In this document: positions 34,289 to 43,311 of the stretch, in pieces | How positions within the stretch are numbered: the first letter of the stretch is position 1 | Layout of the letters: the number at the start of each line of letters is the position of its first letter | Source: Calditrichaceae bacterium | GTDB taxonomy: Bacteria > Calditrichota > Calditrichia > Calditrichales > JBFXGD01 | Assembly: GCA_050173015.1 (NCBI GenBank) | Contig: JBFXLE010000022.1 | Coordinates: 8,119 to 72,118 of the forward strand | Length of the DNA: 64,000 bases | Direction of reading: 5' to 3' | Made by a program: the position numbers and the translations under genes | Notes under the pieces: model-generated | Databases searched by the model: none | Seen by the model: the letters and a program-made list of their open reading frames with translations, nothing else | Told to the model about the DNA's origin: nothing

Positions 34289-34316
34289 TATTAAAATTAT
34301 GTTAGAATCTGATTAA
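34289..34316 (-). promoter_or_regulatory. Candidate Pho-box-like direct repeats upstream of phoB
   Basis: Minus strand TTAATC / CTAACA / TTAATA hexamers at 11-bp period. Confidence 0.35.
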
Positions 34317-34406
34317 TTACTGATGTGATTTCATTTTTCAGTCAATCAAATTTAATCGATATTTCACGTTTTGGAATCATTGTTTAAACATGAAATGCGG
34401 GCGGTT

Positions 34407-35186
34407 TCACCGTTTTTTCTTTTTTGGCTTCTGGCGAATATAGATTGTCTGATGCCTGGCGTCACCATCGCTGATTTTCGTATCAATTTCAAACAGATCG
34501 ATGGCGCGGATGAGTTCTCCCAATTTCTTATATCCATAGTTTCTGGCGTCAAAAGAAGGATATTGATTTGAAATCTGCTGTCCGACGGCGCCAAGATGAG
34601 CCCATCCCGCTTCATCGGCAACCGCATCAACGGCGACTCTCAGTAAGTTGACAAGACTGGTATCACCTTTTAGATTTTTTGATTCCTTTGGTTTCTTCTC
34701 TGCCGCGTCACTTCCGGCAGATATTCCATGTTCTTCATCTTCCGTCCTCAAAATTTCAGTATAAATAAACTTGTCGCACGCGCTGACAAATGAATTTGGC
34801 GTCTTCTTTTCTCCAAACCCGTAAACCGTTGTGCCGGTCTCTCTCACTCTGGTCGCAAGACGGGTAAAATCACTGTCACTGGAAATGATACAGAATCCGT
34901 CAAATCTGCTCGTATAGAGTAAATCCATCGCGTCAATGATCATCGCGCTGTCAGTGGCGTTTTTACCTACCGTATATCTGAACTGTTGGATCGGATGAAT
35001 CGCGTGCATCAACAATACTTCTTTCCAGCCGCGCAAATTTGGAGATGTCCAGTCACCATAAATTCTTTTTACGCTGGCAACTCCAAATTTCGCTATCTCC
35101 GCGAACAGAGGCTCAACAATGGCCGGTGAAGTATTGTCAGCGTCGATTAAGACCGCCAGCGTTTTTTGTCTGTCATTATTTTTCAT
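34407..35186 (-). CDS. NYN (LabA/DUF88, PIN-like) domain plus OST-HTH/LOTUS domain protein
   Basis: LIDADN, IYGDW, GKNATD, SSDSDF; C-terminal FDARNYGYKKL; ATG 35186 with GGAG RBS. Confidence 0.9.
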   Translation of the reverse strand: MKNNDRQKTLAVLIDADNTSPAIVEPLFAEIAKFGVASVKRIYGDWTSPNLRGWKEVLLMHAIHPIQQFRYTVGKNATDSAMIIDAMDLLYTSRFDGFCIISSDSDFTRLATRVRETGTTVYGFGEKKTPNSFVSACDKFIYTEILRTEDEEHGISAGSDAAEKKPKESKNLKGDTSLVNLLRVAVDAVADEAGWAHLGAVGQQISNQYPSFDARNYGYKKLGELIRAIDLFEIDTKISDGDARHQTIYIRQKPKKKKR

Positions 35187-35206
35187 TTTTATCTCCACGT
35201 TCCGGT

Positions 35207-36607
35207 TTAATAAATCCATTCACCCTGCCTCTCCAACCGATCATACAGATCAAATTTTATCAGCATATTTGCTGTTTCGGTATCCGTTAAACGTTTCAGC
35301 GGGATTTCCGAATCATTTGCCAACTCTTTTACTAAAATGGAAACGACGGCGGCAGCGTCTGATAAATATTTTTTATTCACTTTATCAAACGAGTCACCAT
35401 GGGAATGATAATATTTAACCATCGATTCATCAAGATGCGCCTGCAGACCGATAACGGGGATACCCTTTAGCAGAAAGGGCATATGATCGCTGTTGGTCCA
35501 GGGTCTGCTGATCACACCGTTTTTTAGTTCGAAACCATTCAATTTGTCTTTCAGTGATTGAAGGAATGGAAGTAAATAATCGAATCCCATCGCGTTGAAT
35601 CCTGTCGGGGTTCCCGTCATATCCATATTGATCATCGCGACCACAGGATCATCATGATGGATACCGGCATAATTTTTTGCTCCCCAAAGTCCAAGTTCTT
35701 CGCCATTAAACCAGACAAATTCTATCGTGTAATAATTATCCGGTGAATATTTTTTAAGTATCCTTGCCACATCAAATAATATTGCCGTACCAAGGCCGTT
35801 ATCGATTCCTCCCTGGGAGAGATCCCAGCTGTCCAAATGTGCCCCTACAACTATCTTATCTTTGACCTTACCGGGAATGGTGACAGTCAGGTTTGACGTT
35901 TCAATTTCCTTGCAAAAGGACCGCGTGTCAATCCGGATCGTGACCGGAATATTCTTCTCCAAAAGTCTCGCAAGCCTTTTTCCCTCTTCAAATGTCAGGC
36001 TGTACGCGGGAACAGCGGTTGGTGTTCCCTGAAAATTTCCCGTGCCCGCCAGGTTCAGCCCGCCAGGTTTTCTGTTGATAAAAAGAACCGCTTTCGCCCC
36101 ATATTTTCCAGCCAATTCAATAATTTCTGATCTCATCAGCTCTTTACCCAGAGGCGGTTTTTCGGAACTGACCAGTACAATCCGGTTTTTGACTGTCAAA
36201 TTCCGGAAGGTTTCTTCAGAACCGTAACCGGCGTAAACAACCCGGGATTCAAATACAGGGACCCTATCCACATACCCAAGAGCCGCGGCCTGCAATTTCA
36301 GATTAACCGGCTCTTTAATCTGGACAACATCATTCCCCCGAACCCATCCCGGCATTTGAAATTTTTCCAGATTGACCCTGAAGCCAATACTCTCCAATTC
36401 AGCTTTTAGAATGCTGATCGCCTTTTCATTTTGTTCGCTTCCCGCCGGTCTGCCGCCGGCCTCGTCACATATCCTTTCCAAAACCCCGTATGATTGATTA
36501 TCCAGATAGGCTGAACCTATCATGGAATACCGTGTATCATTTTCAGTGCCGTAGGAAACTCCAGCCAAACTGACTAAAACAACTATCATCCATTTAACCG
36601 GCCGCAT
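35207..36607 (-). CDS. Secreted M28 family metallopeptidase with PA domain (carboxypeptidase Q-like)
   Basis: Signal peptide, GAHLDSWD, DNG, GEELGLWG, SDH, YHS. Confidence 0.88.
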   Translation of the reverse strand: MRPVKWMIVVLVSLAGVSYGTENDTRYSMIGSAYLDNQSYGVLERICDEAGGRPAGSEQNEKAISILKAELESIGFRVNLEKFQMPGWVRGNDVVQIKEPVNLKLQAAALGYVDRVPVFESRVVYAGYGSEETFRNLTVKNRIVLVSSEKPPLGKELMRSEIIELAGKYGAKAVLFINRKPGGLNLAGTGNFQGTPTAVPAYSLTFEEGKRLARLLEKNIPVTIRIDTRSFCKEIETSNLTVTIPGKVKDKIVVGAHLDSWDLSQGGIDNGLGTAILFDVARILKKYSPDNYYTIEFVWFNGEELGLWGAKNYAGIHHDDPVVAMINMDMTGTPTGFNAMGFDYLLPFLQSLKDKLNGFELKNGVISRPWTNSDHMPFLLKGIPVIGLQAHLDESMVKYYHSHGDSFDKVNKKYLSDAAAVVSILVKELANDSEIPLKRLTDTETANMLIKFDLYDRLERQGEWIY

Positions 36608-36721
36608 TTTATCTCTCCGGATCTTGTAACATTCTTTATCTGGTAATCTATTAACAAAATCACGCGATTAAAAATGAATCTTTAAATTATCGCTCTGAAG
36701 TTTACACCCCATCAATCTATT

Positions 36722-36757
36722 AAAAAAAAAATCCCGCCCTTATTGAGGAGCGGGATG
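36722..36757 (-). terminator. Intrinsic terminator
   Basis: ATCCCGC..GCGGGAT stem followed by a long T run on the minus strand. Confidence 0.75.
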
Positions 36758-36784
36758 AAAAATTATCGAACCAATCCGATGGAC

Positions 36785-36988
36785 TTAATAGTCAACTTCA
36801 TGATCGGGGAAATTGCTGTCCGCCCTAGCATCCGCTTCATCTATATTAAGCTCGAGATGTCCGCCGCTATTTGTCGCGCTGGTAATTTCATAGATCTCCG
36901 TTGTTCCTTCAAGCCCTATCAAAGTGACGAATACTTCCGCCTGTTCATCAAAATCTTCAAGATATTCGCGTAATTGGTATACTTTCAT
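36785..36988 (-). CDS. Small acidic hypothetical protein (67 aa)
   Basis: ATG 36988 after a G-rich RBS; MKVYQLREYLEDFDEQAEV...; followed by a terminator. Confidence 0.6.
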   Translation of the reverse strand: MKVYQLREYLEDFDEQAEVFVTLIGLEGTTEIYEITSATNSGGHLELNIDEADARADSNFPDHEVDY

Positions 36989-37200
36989 TGTAACCCCCGG
37001 AATTAGGTTAATGTGATTCAAAATTTTGTTAACAATCAAAGGATTTTTTCTATTCCGTGTTTTTTGTTCGGGTTCCGAATTTTGCCTGGTCATTTCACCG
37101 GGCAAAGAATTCTGAACGTTGAAAAGTCCCTTGTTCCCGTCTTTCAACTAATTTATAATCAGGATATTGCTGTTTTGTTTACAATACCAAAACCTGCAAT

Positions 37201-37233
37201 AAAAAAACCGACCCGTGATTTGAAGGTCGGCTT
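37201..37233 (-). terminator. Intrinsic terminator of tol-pal operon
   Basis: CCGACC..GGTCGG stem plus T run on the minus strand, downstream of cpoB. Confidence 0.65.
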
Positions 37234-37275
37234 ATTTCCTGAGTCCCGCAAGTATAATAAAATTATATATAAAAA

Positions 37276-38040
37276 TCAATTTTTGATATTTGATGCAGCC
37301 AGCCTGGCTTCTTCAGAGTTCGGGAATCTCTGGATTACCAGCTTTAAATACTTTTGCGAACCCGCCGAATCACCCATTTTTTGATAACAGTACCCTGCTT
37401 TTAATAACGCGGCGGCCTGTTTATTTCCCTCGGGATAATTATTCACGACCCGTTCAAACTCTCTTAATGCAGATTGATACTCACCCTGCGCGTAAAAAGT
37501 TTCGCCTATCCAATACTGTGCATTGGATGCCAGATCGCTGTGCGGAAATTTTGACAGATATTGCTGAAATCCCTGTAGAGCCAGCAAATAATTTCCCCGG
37601 GTAAGATCCAGATACGACACATCGTAAAGTTCTTTCGGGGATCCTTCGCCGGCGCCTCTTACCGGGTTGTCACCATCAGCATTGGTTTGCGGTTCGCTTA
37701 AGGGAACCCGGGCGGCTTGAACACCAGTAAATCTTGACATCTGATAGATATGGTCATCAAGTTTACTGTCAATATAACCTGTTTGTTCTTTTAGTACCGA
37801 TAATTCGGAAATTAAATCCGCCTTAATTTGGCGAGTGTCATTTTCAAGCGCTGTCACAAGTTTAAGTTGTGACTGAAGCATTTTTTTCATTTCTCTGTTC
37901 TCACTCACCAGAAGTTCTACCTGATTACGCAAATAGTCCGTATCATCCTGAAACCTGACAATTTCTTTTCTGCTGGCGCATCCGGACAGAACGTATAATG
38001 AAGTTAAAAGTATTATTACACTGATCAATTTATGTTTCAT
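37276..38040 (-). CDS. cpoB: Tol-Pal coordinator CpoB/YbgF (TPR lipoprotein)
   Basis: LSGC lipobox, coiled coil, NAQYWIGE TPRs; downstream of pal. Confidence 0.9.
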   Translation of the reverse strand: MKHKLISVIILLTSLYVLSGCASRKEIVRFQDDTDYLRNQVELLVSENREMKKMLQSQLKLVTALENDTRQIKADLISELSVLKEQTGYIDSKLDDHIYQMSRFTGVQAARVPLSEPQTNADGDNPVRGAGEGSPKELYDVSYLDLTRGNYLLALQGFQQYLSKFPHSDLASNAQYWIGETFYAQGEYQSALREFERVVNNYPEGNKQAAALLKAGYCYQKMGDSAGSQKYLKLVIQRFPNSEEARLAASNIKN

Positions 38041-38061
38041 CTTTGATATTCCATGATTTGA

Positions 38062-38089
38062 AATCTCCGGGCATCAATACCCGGAGATT
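38062..38089 (-). other. Intergenic stem-loop between pal and cpoB
   Basis: AATCTCCGGG-N8-CCCGGAGATT perfect 10-bp stem. Confidence 0.6.
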
Positions 38090-38104
38090 ATCAGGATTAT
38101 TGTT

Positions 38105-38626
38105 TTATTTACTTATCACGAACGCTGAACGGCGATTTTTTGCCCAGAAATTTTCTCCGGCCCCTATGGCAGCCGGACGTTCTTTTCCGTAACTGATTGT
38201 TGATAATCTGTTTCCTTCCACACCGGAATTAACCAGATATTTTTTAACCGCGTCGGCCCGTTTTTCACCCAACGCGAGGTTGTATTCAATCGTGCCGCGT
38301 TCATCACAATGACCTTCGATAAGAAGCTTAACTTTGGGATTTTCTTTTAAACTACGCGCGTACTCCGCCAGTGTCTGGCGCGCTTTGGAAGTGATATCAT
38401 ATTTATCATAATCAAAATAGATCTCCATAAAACGCAACTCAACCTTAGTCTTTGTATTTTCCTCAGATTCTGTTTCCACGACTTCTACTGGTTTTTCCAC
38501 CTCCACAGGAGTCTCAACAACCGGTTTTACCGGCGGTGTGATTTTAGCCGCGGATTTGTTACACCCGCTCAAAATAATCAGAAAAGCGAACATGGTAACG
38601 ACACTCAAAATAATTTTGACTCTCAT
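38105..38626 (-). CDS. pal: Peptidoglycan-associated lipoprotein Pal
   Basis: LSGC lipobox, IYFDYD, IEGHCDERGTIEYNLALGEKRA, SYGKERP, NRR. Confidence 0.95.
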   Translation of the reverse strand: MRVKIILSVVTMFAFLIILSGCNKSAAKITPPVKPVVETPVEVEKPVEVVETESEENTKTKVELRFMEIYFDYDKYDITSKARQTLAEYARSLKENPKVKLLIEGHCDERGTIEYNLALGEKRADAVKKYLVNSGVEGNRLSTISYGKERPAAIGAGENFWAKNRRSAFVISK

Positions 38627-38650
38627 GGTAATTTTCCTCCGATTTAAAGT

Positions 38651-39181
38651 TTACCTGTTGATAATATTATCCATTTGTACAGCCACCTGACTGAAATTTT
38701 TATAGGCGTCATTTGATGTTTTTTTCAGTTCCTTTTCCAATGCCTCAATTTGCATATTCAGGTTTCTGATTTCCTTTAGATCCTGACCGCTTAGTTTTGT
38801 CTTTGCGATGAATAGCTGAGCCCTGCATTTTTTTAATTCATTTTCCGCTTCAGTGAATTCATTCCGGGTTGTGAAGTTGAACGCTGCCGAAAGATGTCCC
38901 TTGGAGTTGATCAGCGGTATAAAATAATACTCAATTTTATCAATTTTATGTTTGATAAGTTCGATTTCCTCCTTTGCTTTTATGTTTTTCCCTCTCTCCT
39001 GATACCGCTCTGCTGCTTCAGCGTGCTTTTTTAATTCATCAATATGTGATATGAGTGAATAAATGGTTGATTCGTTCAAAGCCGTGTTCCAGGGATTAAC
39101 TTTTTTATTTTCATCACATTTCCAAAGAATAGCTAAACTTAAAAATATGACAAACATTTTTTCTTTTGACAAAATCTTCAC
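38651..39181 (-). CDS. Hypothetical helical, probably exported or lipoprotein, between tolB and pal
   Basis: GTG 39181 after GGGGG; hydrophobic stretch ending in LWKC; charged helical body. Confidence 0.65.
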   Translation of the reverse strand: MKILSKEKMFVIFLSLAILWKCDENKKVNPWNTALNESTIYSLISHIDELKKHAEAAERYQERGKNIKAKEEIELIKHKIDKIEYYFIPLINSKGHLSAAFNFTTRNEFTEAENELKKCRAQLFIAKTKLSGQDLKEIRNLNMQIEALEKELKKTSNDAYKNFSQVAVQMDNIINR

Positions 39182-39242
39182 TTTGCCCCCGGATTTATTC
39201 TGTGTCCTCCGAAAATTCATTCGGTGTTTTACCGGAATTCTG

Positions 39243-40508
39243 CTAATCGTAATTAAGTCTTGGCGACCACCGCGGTGAGGCATTATTTCCTCCTGATGTT
39301 ACCGCGCGCATATTGGAACCATCCCAGTTCACCATGTAAATATCCCATCTCATCCCGCTCCCCATAGCAAATGCTAATTTTAATCCGTCGGGTGACCAGA
39401 CCGGATTTTCATGATTCCCCGAACCGACGGTTATTCGCCTTAATTGTGAACCGTTTATATCTATTGTATATATCTGAAATCCGCCATCCTCACGACTTAC
39501 AAACGCGATAAAATCACCTCTGGGTGACCAGCAGGCCGAATCATTGTATTTACCTTCGAATGTCAGGCGCCGCACGTTTCCACCCATGGCATCCATCAAA
39601 TAAATTTGCGGATTTCCGCTGCGGTCTGATGTAAAAGCAATTTCCCGGCCGTTTGGCGCCCATGTGGGCGAGGAGTCAATCGCGGGGTGATTTGTCAGCC
39701 GGCGCAGACTACCGTCTTTGACATCAAGGGAATATATTTCAGCATTGCCGTTCTGAGTGATAGTCAAAGCGATTTTTTTACCATCCGGTGACCAGGCGGG
39801 AGCGCTGTACAAACCCTGTAATTTTGACATCCTGTACAATTTTCCATCACCGATATTCTGGATCAGGAGTTCAGGCCGCCCCGACATGTAGCTTGTATAT
39901 GCAATCTGTTTGCCATCCGGTGACCATGCGGGGGACAGATTTAGAGAATTATTATGTGTAAGTTGTGAAACGCCGTGCCCGTCAAAATCAATGATGGCTA
40001 TTTCCTTGGCCTGACCCTTCGCCACGGTAAAAACGATTTTGGAATTCGCGATTCCTTTTTCGCCGACAAGATAATACACGATTTCATCGGCCACTTTATG
40101 TGCAAGCAATCTCGCATCCGAAAGATCCGCCTCAAATTTCTTGTCAAAAATCTGTCTGGTCCCCGGTAACTCCACCAGTCTGGAGGAAAATTTCAGGTTG
40201 TCCTTCTTAATCTCCAGACTTCCTGACAATCCTGCCCTGGCCGATGAGTTGGATATTTTTAGGGAATCGGTCGGATTAACCAGATCAACCACGATAAAGA
40301 ATCCGGACAGATTTAAATCATTAATTAATATCTCGCGAAACGAGTTTCCGTTTTCTGAACCAAATTCAGAGATGAAGAGTACAATCGGGTCAAACCCTTC
40401 TTTTTGCACCTTTAAACGGACTTCATTTTGCGCGGAGATTTCGGTCATAAACAAACCCGCCCAAAATAGAATCATTATGATTTGAAATTTATTTATCAGA
40501 TTTACCAT
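39243..40508 (-). CDS. tolB: TolB beta-propeller protein
   Basis: Signal peptide, DLNLSG, AHKVADEI, repeated P.WSPDG (PD40) motifs. Confidence 0.93.
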   Translation of the reverse strand: MVNLINKFQIIMILFWAGLFMTEISAQNEVRLKVQKEGFDPIVLFISEFGSENGNSFREILINDLNLSGFFIVVDLVNPTDSLKISNSSARAGLSGSLEIKKDNLKFSSRLVELPGTRQIFDKKFEADLSDARLLAHKVADEIVYYLVGEKGIANSKIVFTVAKGQAKEIAIIDFDGHGVSQLTHNNSLNLSPAWSPDGKQIAYTSYMSGRPELLIQNIGDGKLYRMSKLQGLYSAPAWSPDGKKIALTITQNGNAEIYSLDVKDGSLRRLTNHPAIDSSPTWAPNGREIAFTSDRSGNPQIYLMDAMGGNVRRLTFEGKYNDSACWSPRGDFIAFVSREDGGFQIYTIDINGSQLRRITVGSGNHENPVWSPDGLKLAFAMGSGMRWDIYMVNWDGSNMRAVTSGGNNASPRWSPRLNYD

Positions 40509-41107
40509 ATCGCCTCAAAATCTATGTGAACCAGCAACTGATCGCCGCGAAACTCTTCCGGAAGCGGAGGCAGCGGAACTACGGCATACACAGCCCGCTT
40601 CGCGGCCTGATCATACATGAATCTTCCCGAAGTATTTTCGATATTTACATTTTCTATATTTCCGTTTCTTAATACCCTGAATCCCACAACAGCATGTAAT
40701 TTGTCTTCATTCTCACCGGCCTGAACAGGCGGCTTCCAATTTTCCTGCAACCGGTATTGAATCAGATTCAGATAGTAATTAAATGGAAAATCCTTTGTGT
40801 TTACTTTTACAGGAGAATTTTCCCGGCTTGCGGATGCCTGATTTGATTCCGTCTTTGTCTTTTTAACCTTCTCTTTTTTATCGATATTTACCTGCTGCTC
40901 CTGCTTTACTTCGCGTCTGTTTAATTCAGCAGCGGTATTGTTCTTTGGAGATGTCTTATCTTTGACCGTTATTTCCTCCGGACTGAACAATTGAACGGCA
41001 TAAACAGGGGTAAAATCCGGGAATATATATGATTTCGCGCTCAGCAAAATCAAACCTGACACCATGACCAAATGTATTAGCATTGACAATAATAGTGAGC
41101 GCTTCAT
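40502..41107 (-). CDS. tolA: Short TolA/TonB-like energy transducer
   Basis: N-terminal TM with S-x3-H motif, short charged linker, TonB_C-like domain; operon position. Confidence 0.75.
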   Translation of the reverse strand: MKRSLLLSMLIHLVMVSGLILLSAKSYIFPDFTPVYAVQLFSPEEITVKDKTSPKNNTAAELNRREVKQEQQVNIDKKEKVKKTKTESNQASASRENSPVKVNTKDFPFNYYLNLIQYRLQENWKPPVQAGENEDKLHAVVGFRVLRNGNIENVNIENTSGRFMYDQAAKRAVYAVVPLPPLPEEFRGDQLLVHIDFEAIW

Positions 41108-41502
41108 TTTTTCCCGCCGGATTCAACCATCAATCCCAGATTATTTATACCGGTCTTTTTAATTTCCCCCATGAGCTCGATGACCTGACCGTAAGGAATC
41201 CTCCGGTCAGCCTTCAGCATCACCGGTTCATCGCCTCCTGAATGATACAAGTGCAGTAATCTTGACGGAAATTTATCAAGGGTTATCCGCTCTTCATCCA
41301 AATATATGACACCTTCATGGGTAAGAGTCACAACGACACTTTGTTTTATTTTCAGGTTATCGGCATCGGTTTCGGGCAGATTGACATCAATTCCTGTTCG
41401 CATAAAGGGAGCGGTAATCATAAATATGATCAGCAAAACCATGGTGACATCTACCAGATTTGTGACATTTATTTCTGAAAGTGACTTGAATTCAGATTTC
41501 AT
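41104..41502 (-). CDS. tolR: TolR/ExbD
   Basis: EINVTNLVDVTMVLLIIFMITAP, KAD..PYG. Confidence 0.88.
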   Translation of the reverse strand: MKSEFKSLSEINVTNLVDVTMVLLIIFMITAPFMRTGIDVNLPETDADNLKIKQSVVVTLTHEGVIYLDEERITLDKFPSRLLHLYHSGGDEPVMLKADRRIPYGQVIELMGEIKKTGINNLGLMVESGGKK

Positions 41503-42197
41503 AAAACCCGGTCCTTGTTAAGAGTTTGCAGAAGTTCGGCCGTAAATATCTCCAATTCCTGATTAATTCTGCGGATCCTGTCCACAAAAAAGTTATACGC
41601 GATAAGCGCGGGAATGGCGACCGCCAGGCCTGCTATTGTTGTGATCAAAGCCTCGGCGATTCCGGGACCTACAGTTCCGATATCAGCAGAACCTTTCATA
41701 CCCATGCTCATAAACGCGCTCATAATTCCCCAAATCGTACCCATCAATCCTAAAAATGGGCTCACACTTACCGTCGTTGACAAAAAGATCAGATTTTTAT
41801 CGAGTTCCGAAATTTCCGACGAAACAGCTGCATTAATCATTACCTGGGAAACCGCGGATTCTGTTTTCATCAAGATCGCTTCTTTTACAAGAAGCCCGTG
41901 CGCGAGATCATTGCTGTTTATCTCCCCATTGTTCTGCTGCCGGTGAGAAGCAACTTTTTTATATATTCTCGCATAAGGACTCATTTTGAAATCGGCGGCC
42001 TGATGCATAACATCGGCCGAATTTTGATTTATTCTGAAAAATCGCAGAAAGCGTTTTGATTCATGATTGATTCTCCTAAATTGCCTGGACTTTTCAAAGA
42101 TAACTCCCCAGGAAACGACCGAGAGAAACAGAAGAACAAGAAGGACAATTTTCGCTACAAATCCGATTTGTTGAAGAAACTGGACTGCATCATTCAT
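41499..42197 (-). CDS. tolQ: TolQ/ExbB proton channel
   Basis: SPFLGLMGTIWGIM, GPGIAEALITTIAGLAVAIPA. Confidence 0.9.
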   Translation of the reverse strand: MNDAVQFLQQIGFVAKIVLLVLLFLSVVSWGVIFEKSRQFRRINHESKRFLRFFRINQNSADVMHQAADFKMSPYARIYKKVASHRQQNNGEINSNDLAHGLLVKEAILMKTESAVSQVMINAAVSSEISELDKNLIFLSTTVSVSPFLGLMGTIWGIMSAFMSMGMKGSADIGTVGPGIAEALITTIAGLAVAIPALIAYNFFVDRIRRINQELEIFTAELLQTLNKDRVL

Positions 42198-42216
42198 ACA
42201 AGATCCCCAATACAAT

Positions 42217-42588
42217 TTATAAATAATGATGTTGGATATATTTTTCGATATTTGTTAACATGCTGGTAATTTCGAACGGTTTTGTGAGATAACCGTCTGC
42301 TCCCGTTTGCAAAACTTCTTTCTCGGTAAAGATGTTGGAAAAAGCGGTCATCGCCACAACCGGAATTTCCGGAAAATTTAATTTTATTCTTTTCAGCAAA
42401 GCGATTCCTTCGGCTGCCGGAATCTTCATATCCAGTATAATCAAAACAGGAGATTTTGAAATAAGTTCGTCTTCCGCCTGATCCCACCTGGAGAATGTAC
42501 ATATATCATAATTCTTTTTTTTGAGCAGCTTCTTAAATGCCAGCAAAATTGCCGGATCGTCATCAATGATAATTATTAAATTTTTCAT
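42217..42588 (-). CDS. Single-domain response regulator (receiver)
   Basis: IDDD, LD, T, KPF conserved; first gene of the tol operon. Confidence 0.88.
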   Translation of the reverse strand: MKNLIIIIDDDPAILLAFKKLLKKKNYDICTFSRWDQAEDELISKSPVLIILDMKIPAAEGIALLKRIKLNFPEIPVVAMTAFSNIFTEKEVLQTGADGYLTKPFEITSMLTNIEKYIQHHYL

Positions 42589-42669
42589 AATTACGTTCCG
42601 CTTTTCCGGAAAACTTTTGTTTTATTTTAAAATTTTCATTCATCATAAACATATGCTCTTCTAATCTTC

Positions 42670-42684
42670 TCAAGAACCATGCCA
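42670..42684 (-). promoter_or_regulatory. Candidate sigma54 (-24/-12) promoter of receiver-tol-pal operon
   Basis: TGGCATGGTTCTTGA versus consensus TGGCAC-N5-TTGC. Confidence 0.6.
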
Positions 42685-42770
42685 GAAAAACCGCCGGTGA
42701 CCAAAAACACTTAAAATATTGTTTTTATGTAACTTGCATATTTGAAAAACAGAAAACTAATTCCAATTCA

Positions 42771-42807
42771 TGTAAGAAGATTTTACATATTGTCAGAAAT
42801 AATTACA
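42771..42807. promoter_or_regulatory. Candidate enhancer: two TGT-N11-ACA dyads
   Basis: TGTAAGAAGATTTTACA (42771) and TGTCAGAAATAATTACA (42791), 20 bp apart. Confidence 0.55.
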
Positions 42808-43262
42808 TGATACGGATTCCGGTAGCTTCTTAATAGAAACTTGTATCGCTTTTAAAATGCAAAGATGTACCACATAGACGAACCGGGAGGATAGAGTCAT
42901 CCGGATTCATCAGATTTTATCTGATCCACCATATAAACAGCTTAAGAGGAACGAGCAGACGCATAGGATAAAAATACCGGATTTGTTACGAAGTGGACCA
43001 GAAATGATTCTGATGTTCTAATGGGTATGAGTTTCGGATAAAATCCGCCAAAAATATATGTCAAATGTCAATACATTAACCCCACAATCGCTAAGGACTT
43101 GAGAATGAAAACTTTTACTGGCTTTGATGAGCCATCGCGATTTTCACAGTACGAAGAAACACCTCCTAACTACCGGCAATCTATTCATCCTCAGAAACAC
43201 AAACAGTTTATCTGCCGGATGATGTATTAGTTTGGAATAAAGGCATATATTTAAAATCAGAA

Positions 43263-43291
43263 ACAGGTATCAGAATTAATCTGATACCTGT
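43263..43291 (-). terminator. Stem-loop terminator after the ompA-like gene
   Basis: ACAGGTATCAGA-N5-TCTGATACCTGT 12-bp stem. Confidence 0.75.
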
Positions 43292-43311
43292 CCTTTTCGA
43301 TTTACCTGATT

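Noticed and set aside
34407-35186. NYN-LOTUS nuclease as an anti-phage or toxin system
   Set aside because: Widespread architecture; no antitoxin or defence neighbours here
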